A stretch of DNA of 64,000 bases from Lama guanicoe (GCA_013239625.1 MU054187.1:5715757-5779756); one strand, 5' to 3'; positions 40,136 to 53,090 are shown, numbered from the stretch's first letter. The notes: generated by a model not told the origin, from the sequence alone. A program made the numbers and translations.

Positions 40136-41747
40136 GAATATTATTTAATATTATTTAGTTCATCCACTGTTAAGACCTCGCTTAAAGCCCTCTGGGATTT
40201 TCTCCATCTCACCATGGATGAGTTACTGAAAGTTCCTTCTCATTCCCACCAAGGGTGACTTTGCCTGGCCCTCACCATCCCCAGAATTAGAAGAAGAGAG
40301 AGGCGAAGGGTACTGGCTAACAGAGAAACAGAGAATGAAGGAGCGACTGGCACAGAGCTGGCTGGCACAGGACACAGAGTTTCAAGGAATTTCTGATTTC
40401 CCTAAAGACATTCCAGACCCAAAGAGCCACGTGCCATGATGGAGTCAAAGCAAAATCAACAGGTTTCAACCCTTAGGCAGCTTGAAGTCTAGCAGAGGAA
40501 ATAAGAAATACACGAGCAGTTACATGGAAGGAAAAAAGTGAAACAAGAGGCCCAATTTAAGGGACAGGCAGAGCATTCGTGCGGAGGGCAGAGGCTGGGG
40601 CCTGTGGGCGCTAGGATTTCAATGGGCAGAAGAAAGGGGGAGGAGGACCTGGGTAAGCAAAGCACATTCACAGAAGAAAAAAGACGGGCTGCTGGAGCAC
40701 AGGGCGCATCAGTCCAGTAATAACAGAGGCGCGAGGAAGTGGACAGGGAAGCACGCGGACAAAATGATCCATCACCCTTTAAAATTCCTATGCTGACTGT
40801 CTAGCTCGTGAGACTGCAAGCTCGAGGCAGAGATGTCTGTCCCTCTGTGACTCCCTGGTCCACTGTGCCACTCACAGGGGATGAGAGGCCCGACTCCCAG
40901 TGGTCCATTAAACAGCCAAAGCTCTGTCCTGCACGCAGAGGAAACTTGCAACAAACGCTTCCCTCCCACGGGAAGCAGCGGTTTGCCAGCAACGCACACT
41001 GACCCAGGTACGCGCTCCTGGGCCAACGACAAGGTGAAGAAGTCATCCAGTACACAGGCGTTTATGTACATTTTATCTTTTCCACGTGTATGTTTTATTT
41101 TGTCAGTCCTTAAGGGTAAGGAATACATACATTGAATTCAATATATTAAAATGTATAATTCTGTTTCGATCAATAAAGAAACATACCATACTCAGAGGAT
41201 GAGGAAGTGTTTCTTGACCTAGCAAACAAAAGCACTTCCACGGAACAAGCATTTTCACTGGTGCCAGCTCTGCCCTCGCCCGCCCGCCCACCCAGGTAAG
41301 CAAGACGCCCAAATCTGCACTGGACAACGAGGGCCAGCCTGGAGGCTCACCCCCCGCCTCCAGTCCCTTCTTTTATGCCCCCTGGTCATCAGGAGGTGAC
41401 AGCTGCACTTTCAAGGGTGCAGCCACAGAGGAAAGCAGTAAGCAGGCACCACGTTACCGCTGCTGCTCTGCCTGGGGTGCCTTCTCTTACGGAAGCCAAT
41501 GTTAAAGCAAAAGTTAGGCTGAAGGGCTGCTCTGCTGGGAAAACATAAGGACTGTTTTGGTTTTTTTCAACACAGCATGAAATTTTTTAAAAACCACCTG
41601 ACTCATAATTAACAGGGCTTGAGAATGTGTCCCAAATTTAAACGCAGTGCGTTCGTATCGCTAAATGATCAGGACCATCACGAGAGCAGCTTTGGTGGAA
41701 CAAGGCTTAACTGTGCACCGCATTTTCCTTACTTAGTCCGCACGTAC

Positions 41748-41782
41748 CCAGACGAAGACGCCCTGGTTCTGGTTCTCTTTGG
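41748..41782 (-). other. CA8: CA8 3'UTR part of exon 8 (35 nt after the stop), ending at donor TGG|gtacgt
   Basis: The sequence after TAG (CCAAAGAGAACCAGAACCAGGGCGTCTTCGTCTGG) resembles the recalled human CA8 proximal 3'UTR and is followed by GT at 41747-41746. Confidence 0.75.
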
Positions 41783-41917
41783 CTACTGAAATGCAGCTCT
41801 TATGACTCTGTCGCTCAGTGGCTGAGTGGGTCTAAAATTGTCTCCCAAAATCCCATCACAGCCTTCCACAAGCTCTGCCCCCTTCACATGTGTCCTCAGC
41901 CTTCGGAATTCTTCAAT
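41783..41917 (-). CDS. CA8: CA8 last coding exon (exon 8), 44 codons plus TAG
   Basis: Translates to [44 protein letters not shown], with the alpha-CA NFRPxQPL motif. Acceptor is ...gcttttattttcag. TAG is at 41783-41785. Confidence 0.97.
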
Positions 41918-44900
41918 CTGAAAATAAAAGCAGAACAAAACAGATTAAGCATTGACCGGGCGTTAACGAGACTGGGGCTTCATAAATGACAGAATGTGCA
42001 CCAATTACAAGAATTTAAAAAGAGAAAAGTGAGATTAAACATCAAAGAGACAAAAACACTTTGTTCTTGCAGACCTAAGACATTAGACAAAACTCTTGCA
42101 AGAGGAATGAAGACACCAGGAGTAGAGCTGTGAAGCCCAGCCATCAAAACCTGCTGGATTTGTGAACACAAAAATGACATGCACGTCTCTCAGAAAGCTT
42201 TCCCTTGCGTAAAACATAAGAAAGAGCGGACAAACGAATAAGTGTTCTGAAATGCTCCCCACGCATATCTTTAATTCATGAATTCTGATGTTACGGTATG
42301 CTACCTTTGATTAGATGTTAAATTTATTAGGTGGAGGTTTTTCCACCAAGAGGCTCTTTTTGTGGCTTGTCTAGCCCTTTGGAGACCACAGATCCAAAGA
42401 CTGCCTCGGGTTCTCCAAAAGGTTAAGCCCACCCTCCTCCCTTGGCAACGTCGATCTTCAAGTTCATCGCCCTTTCTCAGGTGGCCTTCCCAGATCTCAT
42501 GGTTTCCCATGACCCACAAAGAGGTCCCTACAGTCCTGAGGGACCATTTCCATCAGCTGCACAGTATCTCTGACCTGCCAGGTCGGCCCCTCCGAAGACC
42601 CTAAGTCTGCCAGACATGACCCTCTGAGAAGTATTTAAGCAACAAGCAAACATGTGATGAACAATCACCAGGCCTGTTTCCATCTGCAACTGGTTTGCCT
42701 ATAGGTCTCATCATCTGTTACCTCATTTAAATGCCACATGAAATCACATTGCACACAGTCTTCATTCCTTACACAAAAGGAGAAACTGAGGCCAGACAGG
42801 TTGAGTTTTCAAATTAGCTAGGTCCGACGATTCCAAGTCCACCTGCTCTTCTCCCAGCTCTGCAGCCACCTCTGCAGAAATCCCAGTCAAATCAATGGAC
42901 CCGACAACCTGCAGCAATTCCAGGAGGCTGAGCAAACGCGCTCTGACCAGCACCAATCCACCAGAAGTCCACCGTCTGCGAGCCACAAGCTTGGATCTAC
43001 GAAGGTTCACTTAGCCCAGCTGTAGACGTCTCCCAACCAGGAGGCCCCCGGAAATGCAAGAGATTAACTAATTCAAGGGCTCTGGCAAGGGTCTAGAAAC
43101 CTCTAGGCGTTAGAGGACCCACGACACTCCTGGAGGAGCTGTGACATCTCACCTGTGCGTTTACCTAAGACGCTCCCTGACTCCAAAGAGCTGAATTCCA
43201 CAAGATTCTAATTCCATCCACCTTCAGACATGTTGGAAAGCAGAGCTGGGGACAATTCAGTGGCTTGCTAGATCAGAACCCAGGTAAGAAATCTGACTCC
43301 TAATGTTTTATTTTTCCATGTCTTTAAATACCATCTGATTTCCCTAAATGGGATAAAATATGCACATGCTGTATTTATATAGAAGTGCCAAGCCATGAGC
43401 AGTTTAATCTACATAATGGTTGTTCACCAAACCTTCTTAGGGTCTTAGCGGGGGGAACACGGGCAGCGTCGATCGCTTGCTGCATCAGAAAAATTTCTAG
43501 AGCCAAGGCTGCATAGGAACCCCCTGTAAGTATTTGTGGAAAGAATTTTTACTTAGTCTTCCCTAAGAAAGGACTGCTCAGTCAGAGGAGCCCCTGCTTT
43601 TTTCAAAAAGAAGATGACGAAGGCCATAGACTCTGCATCAAAAAGCCAGTTCTCGTCCAGGCCCCGCCACCTAAGAGCCAAATGACCAAATCCCTCCACC
43701 CTTGCAAGCCTCAGCTTCCACCCGTGTATCACAGCAGTGATGATCCCCGTTTTCCCGAGGCTGGTGTCAGAAATAAATGAGATAATTCATGAAAATCACT
43801 CTGCATCGTTCCAAGCACATGGGAAACGTTCACTAAATAGTCTCACAACTTCTCCTGAGGTCTAACTCTCATCATTTTAAGACAATTATTGAGCTACAAC
43901 TTGATATGCAAAAAGGAGACCAGAAATAATAAGGCCGCCAACGGAGAAGACAGAAGGTCCTCTCTCCCCTGTCCCCTTCGCTTGTCCTCCCGTGGGGAGC
44001 TGTGACCAGACTCTGCGGACCACGGACGGGGTCACTGACGAGCGCTGTCACCAGGGACTTGGCCGCCTCGACGTGCCGCAAGAAATACTCCACTTTTAAG
44101 TGACTTTGAAGCTTATTTTAAAGCTAGGTTAACTTTATATTTATGCGTTCTGCACTGAAGATGAATCTTTCAAGCCCCAGGTCTCGGCCTGGAAGCACAG
44201 TCCCTGAGAGCAGCTGCTCCCAGGAGGGGCGACCTGAAGCAGCCGGCCTCAAACCGCCGCGTCCTCGGCGAGAACCAGCTCCCGGGAAAGTGCTGCTCTG
44301 ATCAGAGCGACGCTTTGAAGACTTCAAACGCCAACAGAGATCGAGGGGAAACACCATCGCTCTGAAATGCCAGTTTTTCTGAAGCAACCACTCCTCAGAG
44401 CTTTAGTCACTTCAAATGGTTTTGGGGTGCACACGGCGGCAGCCCACGGAAATGAGAGAGCGTGAGAAGTGAACAGAACAACGTTCCGGGATAAAAGCCT
44501 CTCGCAAAATTCAAATGTCAGGGCCGCACAGACTGTCCCCATCACAGGTACCAGCACGTACGGTCTCACCGACTTCAACGACTACTCCACTTACACATAG
44601 TATGTGTTTTATTCAATTGAAAAGAGAAGGGTGGAAAGGACAGAGATCCAACACTTCAGAGTCAAACCTTCATCCCATGAAGGCGGAGCTGAGAAGCCCT
44701 GGTCTCTGAACCTGGCTTGCGCTTCAGTTGGTCTAAGACCTTTAATCCAACCTTCACTAACACAGGAACCAGATTATTCACCCAAAGTTCAGCTTTAACA
44801 CTGCTTTCTCCATGAGTGCATTTAAAGGGCTAATTCCCAGGGCTTAAGGTTTGGAATGCATTCCTTTTAGAGTCCTTGAGGATCTATGTGCATCCTCTCG

Positions 44901-45171
44901 TGGACCAACTGGATGTACCTCTCACGTGGCATCAAGTTAGAAAAATAACATGTAAAGGTCAGTGTTCTCGTCTTATTTTCTTCTATCAGCAGGTAATGAT
45001 AATACACGCATCAGAGTAATGTTTCCTCCCACAAGGGCAGCTCAAGTCATGCTTCCATCGGACAGGGCAGGTCTAACGCTGCCCATCACCGTGGCCTTCA
45101 GAAACTCAGCATCCTGGTGTTCGAGTGCTGACCTCACTTAGCCATGGAGGTCAGTGCAGGCCGATGAGAAA

Positions 45172-45273
45172 CAGTGGTTCTCAGGGTGTGCTTCCTCAGG
45201 TGGAGCCCAGCCGTCTGGGTTTTAACACCCCCTCCAGGAGATTCTCTGTTGCGCTCAAATCTGAGAACCACGG
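45172..45273 (+). mobile_element. MER5A-like hAT-Charlie MITE, internally deleted; second copy at 47213-47314
   Basis: Terminal inverted repeats CAGTGGTTCTCA ... TGAGAACCACGG, with internal CCTCCAGGAGATTCT. Confidence 0.75.
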
Positions 45274-46554
45274 ATACTGAAGAAAATATACCACATCTCT
45301 TCCAAATCACTTGGAAACATTTTCACACACGATCGTGTTGTGGTTAGTCCCGTAGCATCCGGGTCCTTAGGGGTAACGGCCCCTCAGCCCCACACAGAGC
45401 AGAGGGAAAGCCAGCTTCTCAGCCGTCCAGGACCAGACACGCTCCAGACCCCACAGGTCACACACGCAGCACCTGAACTCGGGCGGCCAGGGCTCGGAAG
45501 AGTCCACTTTTCAACCCACAGAAAGGATGACAAAGAGGCCAGACTGCGAAGAAACAAAATTAAAAAGTGGCTTTCCATTTCTAACAGGTGCACATCCACA
45601 CAACGAAAACCAATAAAAATACCCATACTTCTCTGTTCCGCTGGTGTTACCTGACTTTGAAAGAGAAAGAAAGAAACAAAGACAGACACATCTAACTGAG
45701 ACAGTAGGTCAGTTAAGAAATAGAAATAGATAAATAAGAGGGAAATGCAGAAACAGAGGGGCGGGAAAAAAGCAGGAAAAGGAGAGTAACACTGAATGCT
45801 CTGTCACTTCTGTGTGTGTGTGTGTGTGTGCGTACATATTTGCGAATATGCCATTTTATCAAAATACCACGTTTGATCACAGTTCTGAATATTGTTCACA
45901 TTTTAATGCCTGTGCAGAAGTCAGAATGTGTCTTAGGATCTCGGTTGTCAGATTTAATGAAATTTGGTATTTTGTTTCTGCTCTGACAGTTCCATTTCCA
46001 AACATTACAATCTAGCTGAAAAAAAATTTTTTTTTAATTTCAGCTTCCTAATGCTTAGACCACTGTTGATCTTAAAGTAATTTAATGGTTACAGATCACT
46101 TTTTAAAATGTTTTAAATTACACTCATTCAAACCCATCCAGTTGTGCAGGTTTTTTCCCCCAGCAGCTGGTGTGATAACCAGGAGAAATGTGAAAAATTC
46201 AACCAATCAGGGGCTTCCAGCCTCCAGATGCTCGGTGCTCAGGGTGACGTAAATGCTCCACGTCAGGCTTAGCTGTCAATGCTACTCTTCAGCCCAGGAC
46301 TCCGCCTCCTTGACTGAGCTTCTGAGCATTTCCGAGGAAAGCATTATGATCCAGAGCTTCCTCCTTAATTAAGTTGCCAGCGCAAGCATTATCACCCAGA
46401 AGAAAAACAGATGATGCATTTCAAGATACCAGTTGTTTCCATAAGAATCCCCAGCAGCTTAATTACATATGTTATCCCTCTAAGAGGAAACATTTTTTTC
46501 TTCAACCCAAAGTTTTGTATTTTTCAATATAATCAGCTTTGTAGCGGCAGCACC

Positions 46555-46617
46555 NNNNNNNNNNNNNNNNNNNNNNNNNNNNNNNNNNNNNNNNNNNNNN
46601 NNNNNNNNNNNNNNNNN
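46555..46617. other. Assembly gap (63 N)
   Basis: Run of N. Confidence 1.
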
Positions 46618-46743
46618 ATTTTTCTTGGATTCTAGAATCACATCCTCTCCCTTCAGTTTCTCTCGCTTTTACTGCCCTCTCTGGACCGTCTCTATTTTTT
46701 GCTCTGCCTTCTCTGAAATTGTATGAGTGGCAACAGCACAGCG

Positions 46744-46865
46744 NNNNNNNNNNNNNNNNNNNNNNNNNNNNNNNNNNNNNNNNNNNNNNNNNNNNNNNNN
46801 NNNNNNNNNNNNNNNNNNNNNNNNNNNNNNNNNNNNNNNNNNNNNNNNNNNNNNNNNNNNNNNNN
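46744..46865. other. Assembly gap (122 N)
   Basis: Run of N at the junction of the 2-kb duplication. Confidence 1.
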
Positions 46866-49319
46866 AAGGGCTAATTCCCAGGGCTTAAGGTTTGGAATGC
46901 ATTCCTTTTAGAGTCCTTGAGGATCTATGTGCATCCTCTCGTGGACCAACTGGATGTACCTCTCACGTGGCATCAAGTTAGAAAAATAACATGTAAAGGT
47001 CAGTGTTCTCGTCTTATTTTCTTCTATCAGCAGGTAATGATAATACACGCATCAGAGTAATGTTTCCTCCCACAAGGGCAGCTCAAGTCATGCTTCCATC
47101 GGACAGGGCAGGTCTAACGCTGCCCATCACCGTGGCCTTCAGAAACTCAGCATCCTGGTGTTCGAGTGCTGACCTCACTTAGCCATGGAGGTCAGTGCAG
47201 GCCGATGAGAAACAGTGGTTCTCAGGGTGTGCTTCCTGGAATAAGTACCCAGACCAACCAAATCAGCACCTCCTCCAGGAGATTCTCTGTTGCGCTCGAA
47301 TCTGAGAACCACGGATACTGAAGAAAATATACCACATCTCTTCCAAATCACTTGGAAACATTTTCACACACGATCGTGTTGTGGTTAGTCCCGTAGCATC
47401 CGGGTCCTTAGGGGTAACGGCCCCTCAGCCCCACACAGAGCAGAGGGAAAGCCAGCTTCTCAGCCGTCCAGGACCAGACACGCTCCAGACCCCACAGGTC
47501 ACACACGCAGCACCTGAACTCGGGCGGCCAGGGCTCGGAAGAGTCCACTTTTCAACCCACAGAAAGGATGACAAAGAGGCCAGACTGCGAAGAAACAAAA
47601 TTAAAAAGTGGCTTTCCATTTCTAACAGGTGCACATCCACACAACGAAAACCAATAAAAATACCCATACTTCTCTGTTCCGCTGGTGTTACCTGACTTTG
47701 AAAGAGAAAGAAAGAAACAAAGACAGACACATCTAACTGAGACAGTAGGTCAGTTAAGAAATAGAAATAGATAAATAAGAGGGAAATGCAGAAACAGAGG
47801 GGTGGGAAAAAAGCAGGAAAAGGAGAGTAACACTGAATGCTCTGTCACTTCTGTGTGTGTGTGTGTGTGTGTGCGTACATATTTGCGAATATGCCATTTT
47901 ATCAAAATACCACGTTTGATCAGTTCTGAATATTGTTCACATTTTAATGCCTCTGTGCAGTCAGAATGTGTCTTAGGATCTCGGTTGTCAGATTTAATGA
48001 AATTTGGTATTTTGTTTCTGCTCTGACAGTTCCATTTCCAAACATTACAATCCAGCTGAAAAAAAAAATTTTTTTTTAATTTCAGCTTCCTAATGCTTAG
48101 ACCACTATTGATCTTAAAGTAATTTAATGGTTACAGATCACTTTTTAAAATGTTTTAAATTACACTCATTCAAACCCATCCAGTTGTGCAGGTTTTTTCC
48201 CCCAGCAGCTGGTGTGATAACCAGGAGAAATGTGAAAAATTCAACCAATCAGGGGCTTCCAGCCTCCAGATGCTCGGTGCTCAGGGTGACGTAAATGCTC
48301 CACGTCAGGCTTAGCTGTCAATGCTACTCTTCAGCCCAGGACTCCGCCTCCTTGACTGAGCTTCTGAGCATTTCCGAGGAAAGCATTATGATCCAGAGCT
48401 TCCTCCTTAATTAAGTTGCCAGCGCAAGCATTATCACCCAGAAGAAAAACAGATGATGCATTTCAAGATACCAGTTGTTTCCATAAGAATCCCCAGCAGC
48501 TTAATTACATATGTTATCCCTCTAAGAGGAAACATTTTTTTCTTCAACCCAAAGTTTTGTATTTTTCAATATAATCAGCTTTGTAGCGGCAGCACCAGCC
48601 ACTGGCTATTCCTTCTGTTACTTTCTGTATCAATCCTCTCTCTCTCTCTCTCTGCCTCTGTGTTTTTCTGCTCCTCTTTCAGGGCAACAAGATGAGGATT
48701 CCCAATTTTTCTTGGTTTTGATTCTAGAATCACATCCTCTCCCTTCAGTTTCTCTCGCTTTTACTGCCCTCTCTGGACCGTCTCTATTTTTTGCTCTGCC
48801 TTCTCTGAAATTGTATGAGTGGCAACAGCGAAACCTTCAAGTCAAGGACAGACTGATTTATATTCTCGTAAGATTATAATTTTTTCCTAAATCACTCTAA
48901 ATTGCTTTTTAATATACGTGCGTGTGTACACTGTAACATTCCAGCTCTCAGAACAGAAGCTGGTAATGGAGCTCTGCGCTAAAAGCACCTACATCTTTTT
49001 CCTTGAAAAGCTACGGCTAACGGGAAGGTCGTCACCTTCAAGAGCAGCTGGGAGTATTCCTTCGGATACACACTCCTTTGGCCTTCGCTCCTTTTTTAGG
49101 AAGATAAGGCTTACTTCCCAATAATCGAGGAGCATGATTTAGTGAGTTTGGGCTCTGCTGGAAGGGACGATACAAAGAAAGGTTCCCTTGGGAGCCGGTG
49201 AGACCCAAAGACGTGATGGTTTGTCTCCTGGCTTTACTGTAACATTCTGGTCAACGTGGTAACATTCCCCATCAAGCCTGTTCGTCCTTGTTTATTCCCT
49301 GTTATAGTGAAGAGCAACA

Positions 49320-50170
49320 TCTTACACGCATCAGTCACCCAAGCTGGAATCCAGGGGTAATATGTGGGTCCACCCTCCCTGAAACCCCTCCAGGTCTCCG
49401 GATCCTACTTCTCCATTATCTCTAAGGCCATTCCCTCCTCTCGTCCCACTGCCACAATCTTGACACAGACCCACGTCTCCATGCTGTTTCGATCATGTCT
49501 CTTTCTTTCTTTTAATTTTTATCTTTTATTGAAGTGTATTCGATTTACATGTTAGTTTCAGGTGGACAGCAAATCAGTCCAGTTATACATATTCACATAG
49601 ATATTTATATTCAGATTCTTTTCCATTACAATTCATTGTAAGATGGCTATAAGAAATTGAATGTGTCTCTTTCTCACTACATTCCGGGGACTCCTTGCTG
49701 CCTTCAGGAGAAAGTCCGCCCTCCAGGACACGGCACCGTGGCCCTCTGATGGAGGTCAGGCCCGTGTGCCGCGCTCCAGCCTCGCTCAGTCACTGGCCCT
49801 TTACACTGACCGCCTGCACTCCCAGAGGCAAGGTGCTCTCTCTTGCCTCTGGGCTTCTGCAGTTGCCTCTCCCCCTGTTGACCCTTAATACCCATGCCGC
49901 ACCCTCTACCTGTTTGGGAAAGGCTACCAGATGGCCGAATCTCGCTTGGGTACTTTCCCTATGTGATGCCACAGGACCGTGTTCGTGCTGTACCAAACAC
50001 TGTGCTCACGAAATTATTGGTTTCTAAATGTGAACCTATCTGCCTTTCCTCCTAAATGGTTAATTCCTAGAGGACAGGGCCACATCTTATTTATCCTCCG
50101 TTATCAGGGCCTATGGTGTCTGGCACATATCAAATGTCAAGTAATAACCAAATGAATCAATGCATGAATT
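49320..50170 (+). mobile_element. L2 3' region interrupted by a short reverse L1 tail at ~49500-49660
   Basis: L2 tail CCTAGAGGACAGGGCCACATCTTATTTATC...TCTGGCACATA...AAATGAATCAATGCATGAAT. The internal segment TTTATTGAAGTGTATTCGATTTACATGTTAGTTTCAGGTGGACAGC is an L1 3' end. Confidence 0.7.
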
Positions 50171-51189
50171 AATAAATAAGTTATCTAGCTCAGTCTCAAA
50201 GGAGCAACTCCACATGCACGTCAAGGATTAAAGGAACGATAGGGTTATGACATATATTACCTTATTTTACCAGTAAATTCCTTGTATTAATAGGGTCAAT
50301 GACATGTAAAGGCCAGTGAATGTGTCCCCAGCATCATAAGACATTCTGAACATTAAGCCTCTGCTCTGGAAACTCATCATCTAAGATTGTGTGCTATCTG
50401 CCACAACATAAGGAAATGTCTATCATCGTCCTAGCATCCAACTGGAGGAAACACACACGGAGAGGGATGTTTGATCTTTCACATCTGTCATCCCCAGAAC
50501 AACAGCCAAGGTGCCAGCCCAGCTCTGACAGCTCTGGCCACAGCTTCTCACAGTCTGACCTGGACAGGGCAGCCACCAGCAAGCATGGCCTTCACGTGCC
50601 ACCTGCTAACCCCAGACCTTCTTCCTGCTTTGGAAATATGATGCCAGTGGGAGGAGTGACCTGGAATCGGCAGATAAGTTCCAAGGGACCCTACCAGCTA
50701 GGAATAGCTTTCTTATAAAAGAAAGGGCACCCTTGGGAAATGTCCCAGGAGAGCATCTGTGTTTATCCCTGGTCCCCTGCCCCTTCACCTCAGCATTCCA
50801 CGGAAGCACCTCACTTTAGTTAACAACTCAGTTAACCGGTGACGAGAGTCCTTCTCATGAATCTTGCTTGCATGATGGCAGCTCTGAAATGAAATGAAAC
50901 TTTCTCCATGGTCGGAGCCCAAAGCAAACTGGCTGGATGGGCTCAAGAGGTGTTCACCTGGAGCAACCAGGGCAGCATGGTGGAAGGGATGGGGGAACAA
51001 TGGCACTGAAGAAGACAGCCAAGCTCAGCAGCAGAGAAGCACCAACACCAGGATCCACCAGTGAGCACGCACGAGCAGGAAACAAGAGTGAAAGGTGAGA
51101 ACCGGGAAGCGGCGCCTGGATGCATTTTTACGAGGTGTAGTTACGTTCCACTCGAATGGGCAGCACTCATCCTACTTAGATGTTGTCAC

Positions 51190-51605
51190 TATTAACCTCC
51201 CTTCTCTGCATCTTGGAAATACTCCCTCTTGTCTCTGGATCCCAGGTCCTCACTCCCTCCCCAGGTCCCTGCATGGTGTGTCCTCTACCTGCTCTGAGGC
51301 TATGCACTCAGCTGGGTACCATGCCTCCTCCTCAACTTGAGCTGATCTGATCATCAAATTCATTTCTTCTTCTTGGACATGAAGCCAGAATTCAGTTCTC
51401 AGCCTCCCGTGCAACCAGGTGTGGCCATGTGACTGAGATCTGGCCAACAGAAAGGAAGCAAAGGTGTTGCTGGCCATTCCCAGGACCAGCCCTTCAAAGG
51501 AAAGCCCCTTGAGACCTTCCACCTCCTCCCCTCCCTGCCGGCTGGAAATCAATCTCTACTGTCATCAGCCACTGAAGCTTCGAGGTGGATCTGTTACAGC
51601 AGCTA
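51190..51605 (+). mobile_element. MaLR (MLT1-like) LTR fragment
   Basis: TTCTCAGCCTCCCGTGCAACCAGGTGTGGCCATGTGACTGAGATCTGGCCAAC...AGCCACTGAAG...TGTTACAGCAGC are typical MLT1 motifs. Confidence 0.6.
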
Positions 51606-52977
51606 TCATCTTCGCTGTTAAATTCCAAATCTATCTCATTCGTCTGAAGCTCTATTCTTAACATTAGACGCAAATTTCTAATTTCTTCCCTCTCCTTTAC
51701 TAGACTAACTCCTAACACTTTTCAGGAGTTACTCCCTGGACATTCCAGTCTGGGTCGGGTTGTTCTCTCCCTGCATGTTACCGGAGCACCTTCCTTACCA
51801 CCATTAGCACAGCCGTCTGTCTAATCACACCTCCCCAAATCCACGGTGGGCCTTCTGAGGGTCGAGGCTGCGCTTTAACCTCTACGTCCCTTGTGCCCGG
51901 CTGGGGCTCAGGAATAGTGTCTCCTCTGAATGAATAAATAAAGGAACTGTATTTGTCATATTAAAAACACGAAGGCCCAAAGGTGGTGTGATCAAGGTTT
52001 ATAAAATAATGCAAAGGTGGAGATGCTGAATGGGGAACTTTTAAAAATGATCCTTAGGAAAAGAGAAATAAGAAGAGATTGTTAAAGGTTGAAAGAGGGG
52101 TTTTAACGATTTAAGGACAAACAAAAGAAGGCTTCCCTGGGTAGTCAGTAAACTTGGACTGCTTATAAAATGATAGGGGCTATAATAAAAGTTTATAAAG
52201 AGTTACTAAAGGAGACGTGGCTTATTTGTTGAGAGTATTACCCAAAACTTTTCAGAATGATCATGAAGAGAAAATACAGCCTTCCAGAACACATTCTTAA
52301 ACAGATCTCTGGGGTATAGGAGACATTTAAAGCATCTTTTTTTTTTTGTAGTAAAGGTATCAAAATCATTGTTTAAACACATTATAGTGATACTGCCGTA
52401 CCAGCTGACATCCCAGGGACACGTCACCTCGGTGCCCCACACACTGTGCATCAGCATTTAGAGCACCTATTCCGCACCCAGGGTGGGAGGCAGGTGACCA
52501 AAGTGCGGCAAGAGAACAATCCAGAACCTTCCAGAGCATTCCTTCAAGCTCCCACCCCCTCTGCAGACAGCATTTTCCCGTGCAAGCCAAGGAGGAACTA
52601 TAAAACCCGCGTGTGGCATGCAGAAACAATCAGCATTCTCACTCTACTTCCAGGAACTTTCTCCTCTCCGATGCCTGGGAAAACCCACATGAAGGAGTAA
52701 CTAATCGGAAGTTTGACTATCTCGGTGACTTCCATTTTCTCTATAAAAACTGACTTTAACGATACAGCTCAGAAATGATAGCTGGGTCCTGTTCACCCCT
52801 TGACCTTGCAATTGCTTTCACTGGTTTGAGACATTTAGCTTCCCTCTGAAAAGGTGTGACCCATCGAACGGACCCCAAGGGGGCCAAAACACAGAACAGA
52901 CATTTCCCTTCTACAGAAACAGCGTGTAACCTTGAACTCAGAATTCCACTCCCAAAGATTTAAAGCACCACACTCAC

Positions 52978-53090
52978 CTGCAGCTGGGATATGGTTAAAG
53001 GGTACCGGAAGAGTATCCAGGTGACCCCCTCGCTGCAGGGCGGGACGGTCAGAGAGCCTTCGTACACCCAGTAATCCCGCAGCAGCGGGT
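52978..53090 (-). CDS. CA8: CA8 coding exon (exon 7), 113 bp, phase 1/0
   Basis: Translates to (D)[37 protein letters not shown], with the alpha-CA YxGSLTxPPCxExVxW motif. Acceptor is ...ggccacgcag and donor is CAG|gtgagt. Phase matches exon 6. Confidence 0.97.

Larger units (their letters stand above)
44825..48830. repeat. ~2-kb near-identical tandem duplication (copy 1 44825-46743, copy 2 46866-48830)
   Basis: The sequence starting AAGGGCTAATTCCCAGGGCTTAAGG recurs at an offset of ~2041. Identical ORFs are at 45340/47381 and 45384/47425. The copies are separated by an N gap. Confidence 0.97.

Noticed and set aside
41748..41785. Stop-codon readthrough of CA8 TAG-C into the 3'UTR ORF
   Set aside because: The spliced readthrough frame reaches another TAG within about 18 codons and is not in frame with the 134-aa ORF. 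The context is not the strong TGA-CTAG motif.
45340..47730. Identical ORF pairs (104 aa and 101 aa) suggesting a duplicated gene
   Set aside because: They result from the 2-kb duplication. The peptides have no recognisable homology and lie within CA8 intron 7.
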